In this document: piece after piece, positions 1 to 26,571 of the stretch | Position numbering within the stretch: position 1 is the stretch's first letter | How the letters are laid out: every line of letters begins with the position of its first letter | Assembly (NCBI RefSeq): GCF_009914755.1 | Contig: NC_060927.1 | Strand: one strand, 5' to 3' | DNA: 64,000 bases | Source: the human T2T-CHM13v2.0 reference genome, Homo sapiens | Notes under the pieces: model-generated | What the model was told of the DNA's origin: nothing | The model's database searches: none | What the model saw: the letters and a program-made list of their open reading frames with translations, nothing else | Translations under genes and position numbers: made by a program

Positions 1-500
1 ACCCTAACTTTCCACGCCTAAGTAACAAAAGGACCAGAGGCTATTCCCTTTGCAAATCCCCCACCTTTTCTATGCAGCAGATGACCACAACCAATCAGAC
101 TGATTGGGGCGTAGTCTTGGTTTGCAACTTTGTAACTTCACCTTAGCATCTGACTGGTTGCAGAGAATGGAATGAATGAATGAATGAAATGGAATCAATG
201 AAATTGGCTGACTGCAACCAATAGACCGATTGCAGGCCACCACTTGATTTACCGGAGGTGAGCGTGAAGAGGCCAGTGGGAAAGCTCTAGGGGGTATTTG
301 GACCGGGTATCTGTATCCCTGCCCTCCAGTGCTGCTCAGGTGGCTCCCACACTGTGGAGTGTACTTTCGTTTTCAATAAATCCCTGCTTTCATGCTTTTG
401 TTGCTTCATTCTTTCCTTGCTGTGCTGGGCATTTTGTCCAGTTCTTTGCTCAAAATGCCAAGAACCTGGACAACTTGCGGTCAAGACCCTCTACTGGTCT
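1..500 (+). mobile_element. ERV1-class LTR, 3' part (MER51/MER57-like)
   Basis: Repeated CCAAT boxes, AATAAA at ~376, and a U5 'ttttgtccagttctttgctcaaaatgccaagaacctggaca' typical of MER4-group LTRs. Confidence 0.65.
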
Positions 501-689
501 TGACTGGTATGCCCCACCTAAACCTTATAAATTTTGAGAAGCAAAAGAGAAACATATGCCCCACCTAGACCTTATTAATTATGAGAAGTAAAAGAGAAAA
601 CAAGTGAAAATACAGTATAAACAAATATGGAATGATATTTCCATGTAATCCCTAGACTGCAGGAGTCAATCCAAGTATCATTAATACTA

Positions 690-900
690 CTGGCTCATAG
701 GCCAAATTGGGTGTGCTGCCTGCTTTTGTAAATAAAGTTTAATTGGAACATAGCCACACCCATTCATTTATATATTGCTTATGGCTGCTTTCAAACTGCT
801 ATATATTGCCTATGACAGAGTTGACTCTACAGCCTGCACAAACCCTAAAATATTTACTATTTGTCCCTTTATTTAAAAAAGTTTACCAACCCCTGCTCTA
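690..900. mobile_element. MER58-like hAT-Charlie MITE
   Basis: 'ttttgtaaataaagttt..ttggaacatagccacacccattcattta...aaaatatttactat...aaagtttaccaacccctgctcta' matches MER58 as recalled. Confidence 0.7.
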
Positions 901-1136
901 AATCAAGTGATGTTGTTGTTGTTTTAACCAAGGACTTCATCCTTCACCTAAGGTATAAGTAGTTAAATGAGTTCGTTTTCTTGGCCAACATAACTCTTTA
1001 GTTTTCATAAGTAAATAAGGACTTGATGTAAACTCTTATCAGACTACATCTTATTTAGAATTTCAGTTAAAGTGGAATTAGTCATAAACAATATATGACA
1101 ATTTAATCTAAGTAATTCATTAAAATCATTCTTTCA

Positions 1137-2064
<928 letters not shown>

Positions 2065-2387
2065 TCATACCTCAATATGGGTATATTAAAGAATTAAAAG
2101 CAGGGTCTCAGAGATATTTGTACCCCACATATTCACAGCAGCATTATTCACAATAGTTAAAACATGGAAGCAACTTGTGTCCGCTGATACATGGATAAGC
2201 AAAATGTAATATATTTTGCTTTTGCAAAAATGAAGTTTTAGAGACTGGTGCACAACAATGTAACTGTTCTTAAGCTCTACTAAACTTGTACCCTTAAAAA
2301 GGGTTAAGATGGTAAATTTTATGTGTATTTTACAATTAAAAATTTTTTAAGACTTCAAAAATTAATAACAAAACTGGTGAATATATT

Positions 2388-3789
2388 GGCAGATGCGGTG
2401 GCTCACGCCTGTAATCCCAGCACTTTGGGAGGTCGAGTCGGACGGATCGCCTGAGGTCACAAGTTCAGGACCAGGCTGGCCAACATGGTGAAACCTCATC
2501 TCTACTAAAAATACAAAAAAAAAAAAAAATTATCCAGGAATGGTGGCGCGCACCTGTAATCCCAGCTACTCAAGAAGGTGAGGTAGGCGAATGGCTTGAA
2601 CCCAGAAGGCAGAGGGAGGTTGCAGTGAACTGAGATTGCACCATTGCACTCCAGCCTGGGTGACAAGAGTGAAACTGTCTCAAAAAAAAAAAAATTAAGA
2701 AAACTCATTTTACAGATGAAAAAAAAATCCAAGATTGTTCTAGGAGAGGAAAGCTTTTTTCTACAAAATGTTAGCGGGTAAACATTTTAGATTTTACAGA
2801 CCTTATGGTTTCTGTCACAGCTACTCACCTTTGCTCTTGAACTACAAAAGCAACCAGAGACAATAAGCAAAGGGATGGATATGGCTGAGTTCCATTAAAA
2901 CTTTTATTTATGGGCAGGGTGCAATGACTCACGTCTATAATCCCAGCAATTTGGGAGGCCAAGGCAGGTAGGTCACCTGAAGTCAGGAGTTCAAGACCAG
3001 CCTGGCCAACATGGCGAAACCCCATCTCTACTAAAAATACAAAAATTAGGCCAGGTGCAGTGGCTCACGCCTGTAATCCCAGCACTTTGGGGGGCCGAGG
3101 AGGGTGGATCACCTGAGGTCAGGAGATCAAGACCATCCTGGCTAACACAGTGAAACCCCATCTCTACTAAAAATACAAAAAATTAGCCAGGCATGGTGGC
3201 ACGCGCCTGTAGTCCCACCTACTCGGGAGGCTGAGGCAGAGAATTGCTTGGACCCGGGAGGCGGAGGCTGCAGTGAGCCAAGATCGCGCCACTGCACTCC
3301 AGCCTGAGGAACAGAACAAGATTCCATCTCAAAAAAAAAAAAAAATTAGCCAGGCATGGTGGCGGGCGCCTGTAATCCCAGCTATTCCAGAGGCTGAAGC
3401 AAGAGAATGGCTTGAACCCAGGAGGCACAGGTTGCAGTGAGCCGATTGCGCCACTGCACTCCAGCCTGGGTGACAAGAGACTCCATATCAAAAAAAATAA
3501 TAATAATTAATTAATTAAAAACAAAAAGGCACTGGTTAGTATCTTTCTTTTAATGACGGTTTCCCTAAGTCCTTTTTACATCCCTCTTCGTTCTAAAACC
3601 CATTCATTAAAAAGAACCAATCCTGGCCTAGCACAGTGCCTCATGTCTGTAATCCCAACGCTTTCGGAGGTGGAGGCAGGATTGTCTGAAGCCAAGAGTT
3701 CAAGACCAGCCTGGGCAACATGGTGAGATCCCGACTCTACACAAATAAAATAGCCTGGCATGGTGGTGCATGCCTGTAGTCCCAGCTAT
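2388..3789 (+). mobile_element. Alu cluster: 2388-2694; Alu 2912-3505 with a younger Alu (3049-3343) nested in its central linker; partial Alu 3625-3789. MER58-like fragment at ~2770-2910
   Basis: Alu consensus; outer left arm ends 'aaaaatta' and the right arm resumes after the inner poly(A). Confidence 0.9.
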
Positions 3790-4029
3790 ATGGTATGTAT
3801 TATAACCAAAATAAGATTAAACTGACAGTATGTTAAGATGGGAAGTTACTAAGCCAGAAAAAATATAATCAGAAACCTTAAGTGTTCACAAATTGTCTAC
3901 ATTAGGATATCTCAGGATAAGATGATAAAATAAGTTTTCATACAGTATGTATAACTGATTTCTTGAAAATAAGGTTTTAGGCTACAAGGGAAAAAATTAA
4001 GTAAAATCTTGATTTTTTTTTTTTTAAAG

Positions 4030-4632
<603 letters not shown>

Positions 4633-5399
4633 TAAGTTATCTTTCAATAACTTATTAATAGTTGAAATTCCATGACTTTAAGATTCTTTGACTCAGTCCA
4701 AACACGTTCCCCATTACAGACTTCCTAATATTCATTTTTAAAGCTGTAACCTCTTAATTATAAAATAAAACACAAGTACAGAAAACTCCACAGAATACAT
4801 AGTTTAATGAATTACTAAAGAGGGACACCCTTCTAATCACCACCCAAAGTCAGGAAATAGGACTTTGCCAGCCACACAAGCAGCCCCTCTGTGAGCCTGT
4901 CTCAATCACCACCCCTCCTGATCCCCAAAAGTTAACCACCCCCTGACTTTCGTAGTCATCACTTCCTTAGGTTTCTTCATGGTTTTCTCACTCGAGTGTG
5001 CTTTCCCAGAAACCACAGTTTAGTCTCTTAACCTATAGTGCTCCTAAGGAAGTCTCTCTTAATTCACAAGTTCACCTAAGAAGCATCTAAGAAGCCAGAA
5101 GGCAGAGCAAATCACATACAGGTGCAAATGAGGCATTTAAGAGTCGGGGGCAGGTCCTACATTCAAGGAACGCTGAGAGCGAACAGGTGATAAGAGCGCA
5201 CAGGTGCCCACTTTCAGCACAATCATGACTCCCGCACCAGAAGCATGAGCATCACCTGGGACTTAATACAAAAGAAAAAGTTATCCGCCCTGCCCCAAAT
5301 TTACGGAATCATACACTACGGCGGTAGGGCCTGGCCTTCTGTGTTACTACACGCCCTGGGGTGACTGGGATGCGCTCAAGTCTGCGAACTGCCAGCCAA

Positions 5400-6500
5400 A
5401 TCAACCCCGAGATGTAACCGATGGCGCGCGCCACACTAAGCACTCCATAGGTGCTCCTCCTCGCCGCACTTCACAGACTCAATTATCACAGACTCAGGGG
5501 CGCTACGTAGTCACTCACCCCCCCGCTCCCCAGGCAACTCGCGGCGGGCGAATCGGCGGCTTTCGCGGCCTCGCTACGTCCGTAGGCATCAGTCCGCGAG
5601 ACCGGCTGGGAGCCTAGGAAGCGCTGCAGGGCGGTGAAGACGCGGTCCGCTCTGGGAAGTTAAGAGATGGCGTCCATAAAGCACATCTCCCAAGCCGAAA
5701 CACACAAGCACTCTCTCTCCCCGCTGCACCCAGGTCCTAGAAGAGGCGTCCCGTGTGCCCTTAACTAACGCCCGGATAAAAACGGGCGGCTTTTTTAACA
5801 CGAGCGCAAAGCAGGGGAGCGCAGGGGGTACGGGGTCCACTGGCAGAAGGAGAGAGGGCGGCCAGGCGCCACCACCCACCCGCCCCGGCAGGCCTGCGCG
5901 CTCTTCCGCGACCGCTTAGGCAGACACGAACTCAGACTCGTAGCTACTAAAACCGCCACTGCCACGCACCTGGTAGCTAAGTCAAGAAAAGAGTCCAGTC
6001 CACTTGGCTGCTCCCGCGGTTGCGCGCATCTCGGCCTCTGCCTCAGGACAGGTCCACAGGCCCAAGAATGGGGGAGAAAGCAGTGAAGCAAAGCGGAACG
6101 CGCGGAAGAAGCCGACCAGCCTTACGGAGGCGACGCCCCTCCAGGTTTGGATTCGTCCATACGGTTTCCACGGCAGCACACAGAACGCCGGAAGAAGCTC
6201 AGGAAGCCGACTGGCTGTGCAGTTTCCGTTCCTGTTGGCTGGGGCCCGGAAGTGAGAGACCACGAGGGCCCCTCCCTCCACCCAAAGGGCATCACGCCCT
6301 GCCTTTGGACGAGCCCACAGGCCAGAGACTGGGGCGGGAAGTGCTGGAGTAACAGTCATAGTGGTCGGCCCACCATCCCTCTATGTTTGGATTTGCTCAT
6401 TCCATCTCCATGGCAGCACGCAGAACGCTGGAAAAACGCAAAGCGCTGATTGGTTAAGAGTCTCAGTTCCTATTGGCCAGAGTCCGAAGTGGGAGCCCGT
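5400..6500. promoter_or_regulatory. ULK4: CpG island promoter of the minus-strand gene (ULK4)
   Basis: High CpG density. ETS CCGGAAGT 6246-6253, GGGGCGGGAA (SP/E2F) ~6331, X-box-like GTTTCCACGGCAGC 6164-6177 and TCTCCATGGCAGC 6405-6417, ATTGG boxes 6449 and 6472, YY1-like GAGATGGCG ~5664. Confidence 0.85.
5970..6200 (-). other. ULK4: Non-coding first exon (5'UTR) of ULK4; TSS position approximate; coding exon 2 would lie left of the window
   Basis: Minus strand ...GGACTCTTTTCTTGACTTAGCTACCAG|GTGCGT strong donor at 5970/5969. The sequence is recalled as the ULK4 5'UTR, and the ~52 kb spacing to the divergent island fits the recalled ULK4-TRAK1 arrangement. Confidence 0.75.
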
Positions 6501-7153
6501 GAGGGACTACTCTTCAATCTTAAGTGGGTGCTGAGGCTAGAGTGTGGAGAACTGAGACCTCGTCATTTCTTCTCTTCCCGTTCCCACTGTCCTTCTGTTT
6601 CCTTCCATTCTTTTCTTTCTGGCTTCTTCTGGGAGCTCAGGTAGACATGGTGGCATAGTCTGGATAACCAACGCCTCAGAAGCAGGGGCCCCGGGGTCCT
6701 CACCATTTAGAAAAGAGAAGGCTGTGAATTACCTTCCTTTTTGGAGATGGAGGAAACAGATGAGACACTCTGATCTCAAGTTGATTGTGTAAACTAAAAA
6801 TAAAAGTTCCAAGCCCCCCTACCAACTGAGTGGATCCCTCCTCTGGGCCAAAGGCACGCCAAAGTTAACCTGAAGAACTAGCTCAGGCAATGATGGGAAG
6901 ATGGGGTGGGACAGGCCTCATTATACCCTCCTCCCGTTGGAATACAGGCACAGCTGACCAGCGTTAACATTAAACAGAGACCTTAAGACTGACAAAACAG
7001 ACTTTTTTGCAGCAATAAGATACCAACATGGCAGCAGGCCCCAAAAGACATTGAAGTATTTTATCCTGATATATATATACACACACATAGACAAACACAC
7101 ACACACATATACTCTTATGTATACATATATACTCATATACGTATATATATATA

Positions 7154-7441
<288 letters not shown>

Positions 7442-7754
7442 AAATATATTTATTTGACATATTTTGAAATGGCCTTGCAGAGCTATCTCTTCTGGGGGGA
7501 ATCTACATTCTGTAAAGAATCCCCTTGTCTTTCCAGGTCTTTTCCCTGATGCTGGAGAGAATTAACTGAGAACCTGACACCTGTTTTAAGTCTGATAAGA
7601 AACATTTACAATCTATTCTCTCTGAAACCTGCTACATAGAGGCTTCATCTGCAGAACAAGAACCCTGGTCTCTGCAACCTCTTATCTCAACCCAGACACT
7701 GCCTTCTATTGGCTCCAGGTCTTTATATAATAACTCTTTTAACCAATTGCCAAT

Positions 7755-8377
7755 TGTAGGGTATATGGATGTGCTTTGGTCAAGGAATAGGCCAAGGTGG
7801 ACATCCGGGCCAGAGTGGCTCAGCGAGTTTAGGACACAGGCGCATATTCCACTTGTTATATAACCCGTTTATGTAAGTTCATACTTGGATCTGAGCCACT
7901 ATTGTCTGTAGAAGGTATAACTGCCCTGCTGACACTGTGCCCAGGTCTGAGTTCAGCACGACACGACCCGGTTCGTGCACTGGTGCCCAGAGTAATGCTA
8001 CTAACCCCTCTAAGGGAGAGCGGTTGCCCTTAAGGTGGGCAGAGGGGAGCCGAGCCAGGAACCAGCTTGTGCCCAGAGGGAGAGTTAAGCTGCTGACCCT
8101 GACAGAGCTGGCTTTGCAGGCCAGGGTGTGCAGCTGCAGGCATGGGGGCAACAGGAGCCACAGAGCCAGAACAGACAGCCGAGATAAAGGTGGAAAGTGT
8201 GAGAGAGCTAGTGTGATTAAGCTGCTGATGACACAGCCGCTGAATAAAACTACATTTCACTTGCCTACACGCCCCCAACCCTCCTTGTGTTCTTTCAGTT
8301 ATTCGCCCATCCACCCACTCCCCTTGGACCTCAGCTGGGGGCTGGAACCTGACAATTGGCGTAGTCGTGGCATAACA
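7755..8377 (+). mobile_element. LTR18 (HERV-S/HERV18) solo LTR
   Basis: TG...CA ends; 5-bp TSD CCAAT at 7750-7754 and 8378-8382; 5' 'tgtagggtatatggatgtgctttggtcaaggaatagg' matches LTR18; AATAAA at ~8243. Confidence 0.8.
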
Positions 8378-8536
8378 CCAATCACCTATTAAATCCACCC
8401 TATGATGTAGAAGCTCTTTCCAGCTTCGAGTTGTCCCACCTTTCCTGACCCAACCAATACCTTATGTCATGTATTGATTGATGTCTTATTTCTCCGTAAA
8501 ACATGTAAAACCAAGCTGCAGCTCAGTCACCTTAGC

Positions 8537-8969
8537 TGTCAGGCCTCTGAGCCTAAGCTAAGCCATCATATCCCCTGTGACCTGCACGTATACATCCAGA
8601 TGGCATGAAGCAACTGAAGATCCACAAAAGATGTGAAAATAGCCTTAACTGATGACATTCCACCATTGTGATTTGTTTCTGCCCCACCCTACCTGATCAA
8701 TTTACTTTGTAATCTCCCCCACCCTTAAGAAGGTTCTTTGTAATTCTCCCCACCCTTGAAAATGTACTTTGTGAGATCCATCCTCTGCCCGCAAAACATT
8801 GTTCCTGACTCCACCGCCTATCCCAAAACCTATAAGAACTGACGATAATCCCACCACCCGCTGCTGACTCTCTTTTCAAACTCAGCCCACCTGCACCCAG
8901 GTGAAATAAACAGCCTTGTTGCTCACACGAAGCCTGTTTGGTGGTCTCTTCACACGGACACGTGAGACA
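8537..8969 (+). mobile_element. LTR7 (HERV-H) solo LTR
   Basis: Starts TGTCAGGCCTCTGAGCCTAAGCTAAGCC and ends CTCTTCACACGGACACGTGAGACA; 5-bp TSD TTAGC at 8532-8536 and 8970-8974. Confidence 0.92.
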
Positions 8970-9348
8970 TTAGCCATATGTTCCTAGGGCCTCTTGAGAC
9001 TGTGCCTCGAGCCATGGTCACTCAGATTTGGCTCAGAATAAATCTCTTTAAATATTTTACAGAGTTTAACTCTTTTTGTCAACCATCACTTACGGCTTTC
9101 AAAGCTCCACACTTGCAAGTTTCAACCACCAGATACACTGGAGCCTGTACTCCAGCCCGAGCAACAGCGCAAAATCCTGTCTGTAAAAAGGAAATTTAAA
9201 AAGAAATTTTATTTTTTGCTAACTTTACATGCATTGTTATTATTTAATGCCTCTTTGTATGAAGTAAAAAATAAATTTCTTTTCTGCAGCATTTAATGCA
9301 ATGCTTTGCCTAAAGAAGGAAGTTTCTATGTGCTTGAATGAGAGATTC

Positions 9349-9530
9349 TTTTTTTTTGGAGACAGAGTTTAGCTCTTGTTGCGCAGGCTAGAGTGCTAAC
9401 CTAGCTACACTCTAGAGACAGGGGTTTCTCCATGTTAGTCAGGCTGGTCTTGAACTCCCGACCTCAGGTGATCTGCCCGCCTCGGCCTCCCAAAGTGCTG
9501 AGATTACAGGTGTGAGCCACCGCGCCCGGC
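9349..9530 (-). mobile_element. Internally deleted Alu
   Basis: Alu 3' end joined to the left arm through a short non-Alu filler. Confidence 0.85.
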
Positions 9531-9602
9531 TGACAGATTCTTTATGATCATCCAGAGGTGAGAAAATGAACCAGCTCCCCTCTTCAGCATCCTTCAATGC
9601 AA

Positions 9603-9785
9603 AAGTGGTTTGCAAACTTTACCATCAGAATCACCTGGAGCTCTTGTTAAAACATAGATTTCTGGCTCCACCTACAAAACTTCTGATTCTGTATCTCAAT
9701 GGGGCCTAAAATTTTGCATTTCTATCAACTTACCAGGTGATGTCAATGTTGCAAGTTGAGCACCACACTTTTCAAACAACCATCT
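9603..9785. mobile_element. MER5A-like DNA transposon (a similar fragment lies at ~5215-5392)
   Basis: 'catcagaatcacctggagctcttgttaaaacatagatttctggc...gattctgta...ggggcctaaaattttgcatttcta'. Confidence 0.7.
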
Positions 9786-10057
9786 AGAAAAACTGTTCTG
9801 ATCTCAGGTAAATCACATCTCCTTTTACTTCTGACCCTTCCTGCCTTCTCAAGAGTCTCAGCATCCATTATTGTCAGTTCTGTGTATTTAACAGGTTTGG
9901 TAGGGAAAACGTCTCCTCCTGGACTACTGTCAAATTAATGAAGATTAAAACTTTGAAATATTTTGTTTATTCTGAGTTTTTATAAATAACCTAAAAGTTC
10001 ATGTCAGAAGCAATATCAGATCCTGGGTCTTCTTAGCCTAAGTTCCTTGGATGCTTC

Positions 10058-11009
<952 letters not shown>

Positions 11010-11234
11010 CTTCCAGGCAATACGTGAACCTACAAAGACAATTAAATTTTTGTATGCATGTGCATTTTTTTCTGGCTAGAGGGTTTGTGAGTTTGGTCAG
11101 ATTCTCAAAGGTGCCAATGACTCAGAAAAGTTTAAGAACTCCTGCTATAGATAATTTTAAGACAATATCACAAAAGACAAACTAGAGAAAGCATGGACCA
11201 TTTTAAGACAGTATCACAAAAGACAAACCAGAGA

Positions 11235-13095
<1,861 letters not shown>

Positions 13096-13184
13096 AAAAA
13101 TGTTTATTATCTGAAGTATGCTTTACCCTCAAGTTCTAAAGGCACCTAAAAAGGAGAAAAAAATGTTTTCTCATGTTTAGTTTT

Positions 13185-13595
13185 AAATTATTTTATTTCT
13201 ACAAATTCATGGGGTAAGTGTGAAATTTTGTTACACATATATAATTCATAGTGATCAAGTCAGGGTATTTAGGGTGTCCATCACTCAAGTTCCATATCTT
13301 TTTGTTAAGTATTATCACCCTACTCTGCTATTAAACATTGAATTTCTTCCTTCTATCTTATTATATTTTTGTACAATTTAACACACTTTACTTCATTATC
13401 CCCTCTCCTCCCACTCACCTTTCCCATTCTCTGTAGTTTATCTTTTCAATTCGTCCCTCCATGTGATCAATGTTTTTAGCTTCCACATATAAGTGAGAGC
13501 ATGAATTATTTGTGTTTTTGTGCCTGGCTTATTTCACACAAAATAATGGCCTCCAGTTCCATCCATGTGGCTGCAAATGACATTATTTCATTATA
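13185..13595 (-). mobile_element. L1 3'-end fragment (L1MA-like)
   Basis: 'ttttagcttccacatataagtgagagcatg...tgtgcctggcttatttcac...cctccagttccatccatgtggctgcaaatgac'. Confidence 0.8.
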
Positions 13596-14371
13596 GAAAA
13601 AATAAATGAGGGAAAAGGAAAACAAATTAAGAAAATCCACTTGAATACTGGAGAGCAGTTAGAACAAAGAATACTTATTTTGAAGGCTTTAAAGGACTTC
13701 ACAGGTGCTCAGGGTGGCCCCTAAGACAGACTCTCCACCTCTACTTAGAAGGGAACAAAAATAAGACACTTGGGAAAGGCTACAATTGTCCTCACGAAAT
13801 AATGTGTAGACTTAAGATTCAAGGTGAAGAACTGAACACGTGAATTTACCACAAAGACTCCTAAAAGCTCACTAAAATGACTGAATTGGGATTGAAACCA
13901 TAAGGGCACTTAAGAACAAGCAAGGGAACCATCATTAGGTGGAAGTTCTTAAGCATTTTTTGGAACACAGAAAAAGCACTTGACTTTAGACAGAGGATTC
14001 ACAGCAACTGCAACTCAGCCACTAACATGTTAGTCCTGGAGCATTTATCCTCATCTTGTTAATGGATGAAAAGAATTCCACCTTTAATACCAGCAGACCT
14101 CATCACCCAAGGCAAGTTTCTCCATGTAGTAACATTTGCCTTCAAGGTAAAACATGGAAATACTTTCTAAACAATATGAACAAAAGGCTTGGGACAGTGG
14201 AGAATGAGTGAAAATCTGCCTTTTGAACCACAGAGCCTTTCCTTAGCCCCCTTTCCTGCAAACATAATGGCAATTAGTCTTCTAATCTTCAATTAAAAAT
14301 TGTAATATTATTTAGTGAGAAAGAGACTTGTACAAGAAATACTGACATCTGGCAAAAGAGAATATTTCCTA

Positions 14372-16816
<2,445 letters not shown>

Positions 16817-17427
16817 TTACCAAAGATAAAAGCAGAAATTAATGAAATAGAAGGCAAAAATCCACTAGCCAGGGGCATAAATTTAGAAGGCAGGAGATGG
16901 TTTCCATGGTGCTCTTCCAGGTTGTAAAGCTGGCTATGATGTCATGGGGTCTCCAGTCCTCTTTAGGATATAGCGTGCTCCACTCTCAGATTACCAACTC
17001 AGGGAATGGATTCTCCTAAAGACAGAAACTGGAGGCTGGGAGCTTCAAGACTGATGCTCCCGTTTACTCTGGAAGACCTGGGAAGTAGCACGATAATTCT
17101 TCCAGCACTAGTGTATTAGTGAATACACTGGAAGAGCCAGACACCGTCTCCCTCTTGGATGGGAGATTTTCACCCTTATAATAACAACCTAAGAGTCCTT
17201 AAAATCTGTGGCCTTCTGGGATGTCTTTTTCCTTTAATAACCATATTAATGATTCCAGCATCCATTGCACATACTTGGCAACTCCAGAGTAGACTGGATT
17301 TTCAGGGAAATAATATTTTTTGGTCTTTTCTCACAACAAATTCCTTAAGTCTTGCTTCCTTCTCATCATCTTATCTCTAGCACATGCTAGTCTCATCTGA
17401 CCCTGCTTCCCCTCACACATTTGACAG

Positions 17428-18278
<851 letters not shown>

Positions 18279-18444
18279 AGCACCTTTAAAAGTACTTTCC
18301 TTCTCCTTCTTCATTCCCCAAAGCCCATGTTACTCTGTGACACATACTTTTACTGAATGTGTGGCAATAACAGAGAGAAGTTGCAGCATAGAAAGAAAAC
18401 AACTTAAAATTGAGTATTAAACATGGTGATGGTAAGGGTAGTAG

Positions 18445-18793
<349 letters not shown>

Positions 18794-18827
18794 TGTACAT
18801 CATATGATTTAAATGCTTATTTTAAAA

Positions 18828-19080
18828 TTATATATGTGTGTATACAATTATATGTGTGTATATACACATGTAATATATAAAATATCTATAATGTATACAT
18901 GTGTATATATGTGTATATACCTATACATTACAGATATGTAAATGTGTACATATATATACACATATATGCATTATACACATATGAATACATATATTCTGAT
19001 TTTCTTCAATAGTTCTTTTAAAAGAACTGTTTGCATATACATTTGTATATGTATATAGGTATACACATATATATACATGT
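18828..19080. repeat. Degenerate (TA/TG)n low-complexity repeat
   Basis: Direct inspection. Confidence 0.85.
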
Positions 19081-19660
19081 AAGCGTGATGCCTCACACTC
19101 ACAGGTAACCTAGGGCTCTGCCTGAAGCTCTTTCTATTTTCCCTTCTCACCTCTTCTACCCAGTCTTGGACTTCCCCCTCTTTCTTCCTTGTCTTCAGGG
19201 AAAAATTATTTATAAGTCCTATTATGTAGTCTGGGGCAGCATTTGAAATCTCTATTAATCACTTCCCTCTAGATGAAACTGACCTAATCTGTTATCTGCA
19301 AACATCATTAAAGAGTTTTCCTAAACAAATGTCTCCCATCCCTGATATTTACCTTCAGCAATTCAAAGAATTTGCAGATTATTATAATTTAAAGTTTTCT
19401 CTTACAAATTCAGGCCAAACTATTAGGTCAGCCTCCCTGAACAATCTCCAATAGGACAAGGGAGAGGTGCTCTCTCCTTGTCCAGAATAAAAGCTAGTTT
19501 CCTTTCCTCTTTCCTGGTACAGAGTTAACACTGAAAAGAACATTCTTATACATCAATCTTGGCAAGCATGTCAGGTTTTTTGTCTGAGGATAAATTCCTA
19601 TGTGATAGGGTGGTGCCAACAGTTTAACATTTCCTCTGTGGCTTTAAAAACATTATTATT

Positions 19661-20889
<1,229 letters not shown>

Positions 20890-20974
20890 TCAACAAATAT
20901 ATATTGAGGATCTACTATGTGTTGGACACTATATTAGCCTGAATCTAAATCAGTGATCAAAAAGATAGGATCGG

Positions 20975-22470
<1,496 letters not shown>

Positions 22471-22479
22471 GATAGGATT

Positions 22480-23392
<913 letters not shown>

Positions 23393-23422
23393 GAATCTTC
23401 TTATATTTGGACTGTTACTCAC

Positions 23423-23903
23423 TGTGTTAGGCCTTTCTTGCATTACTAAAAATAAATATCTGAGGCTGCATAATATATAAGAAAGAGGTTTAATTGGCTC
23501 ACAGTTCTACAGGCTGTACAGGAAGCATAGTGCCAGCATCTGCTTCTGGGAAGGCCTCAGGAAGCTTACAAGTGTAATAGAAGATGAAGGGGGAGCAGGT
23601 ATCTCACACGGCAGAGCAGGAGCAAGGGAGAGAGAGTTGATGAGGAGGTGCCACACGCTTTTATGAAACCAGATCTCACAAAAACTCACTCACTCATCAC
23701 CAAGGGAATGGGGCTAAGTCATTCATGAGGGATAGGCCCCCATGATTCAAGCACTTCCCACCAGGCCCCACCTTCAATACTAGGGATTACATGTCTTTTG
23801 TTTGTTTGTTTTTTCTGTTTTCTTGTTTTATGTCTCCCCATAGTTAAGCAGGGATTAGATTTTCACATGAGATTTGGTAGGGACACAGATCCAAACCCTA
23901 TTA
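23423..23903 (-). mobile_element. MST (MaLR) LTR, MSTB-like
   Basis: 'aagaaagaggtttaattggctcacagttctacaggctgtacaggaagcat...ccaggccccacctt...catgagatttggtagggacacagatccaaacc'. Confidence 0.85.
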
Positions 23904-23962
23904 TTGTCTTAGGTTGAATTGCCTAAAACTAGAACCTGAGAGAAGGATTCCTGTGCATGTGA

Positions 23963-24136
<174 letters not shown>

Positions 24137-24289
24137 TAAGAGGCTGGGATTAAAGGTGCCTTTCACCACGCCCAGCTATTTTTTGTATTTTTAGTAGAGA
24201 CGGGATTTCACCATGTTTGGCCAGGTGGTCTTGAACTCCTGACCTCAGGTGATCAACCCACCTTGGCCTCCCAAAATGCTGGGATTACA

Positions 24290-26502
<2,213 letters not shown>

Positions 26503-26540
26503 TTTCTTTTTTTTTTTTTAACATTTATCATATTTTGTTT

Positions 26541-26571
<31 letters not shown>

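Noticed and set aside
165-205. GGAAT/GAAT run resembling satellite III
   Set aside because: A ~40-bp simple repeat within an LTR; too short to be satellite.
16920-17420. Unassigned sequence that may be ancient retroelement internal DNA (also ~19100-19650)
   Set aside because: I could not match it to a family or a convincing reading frame by eye; it needs a Dfam search.
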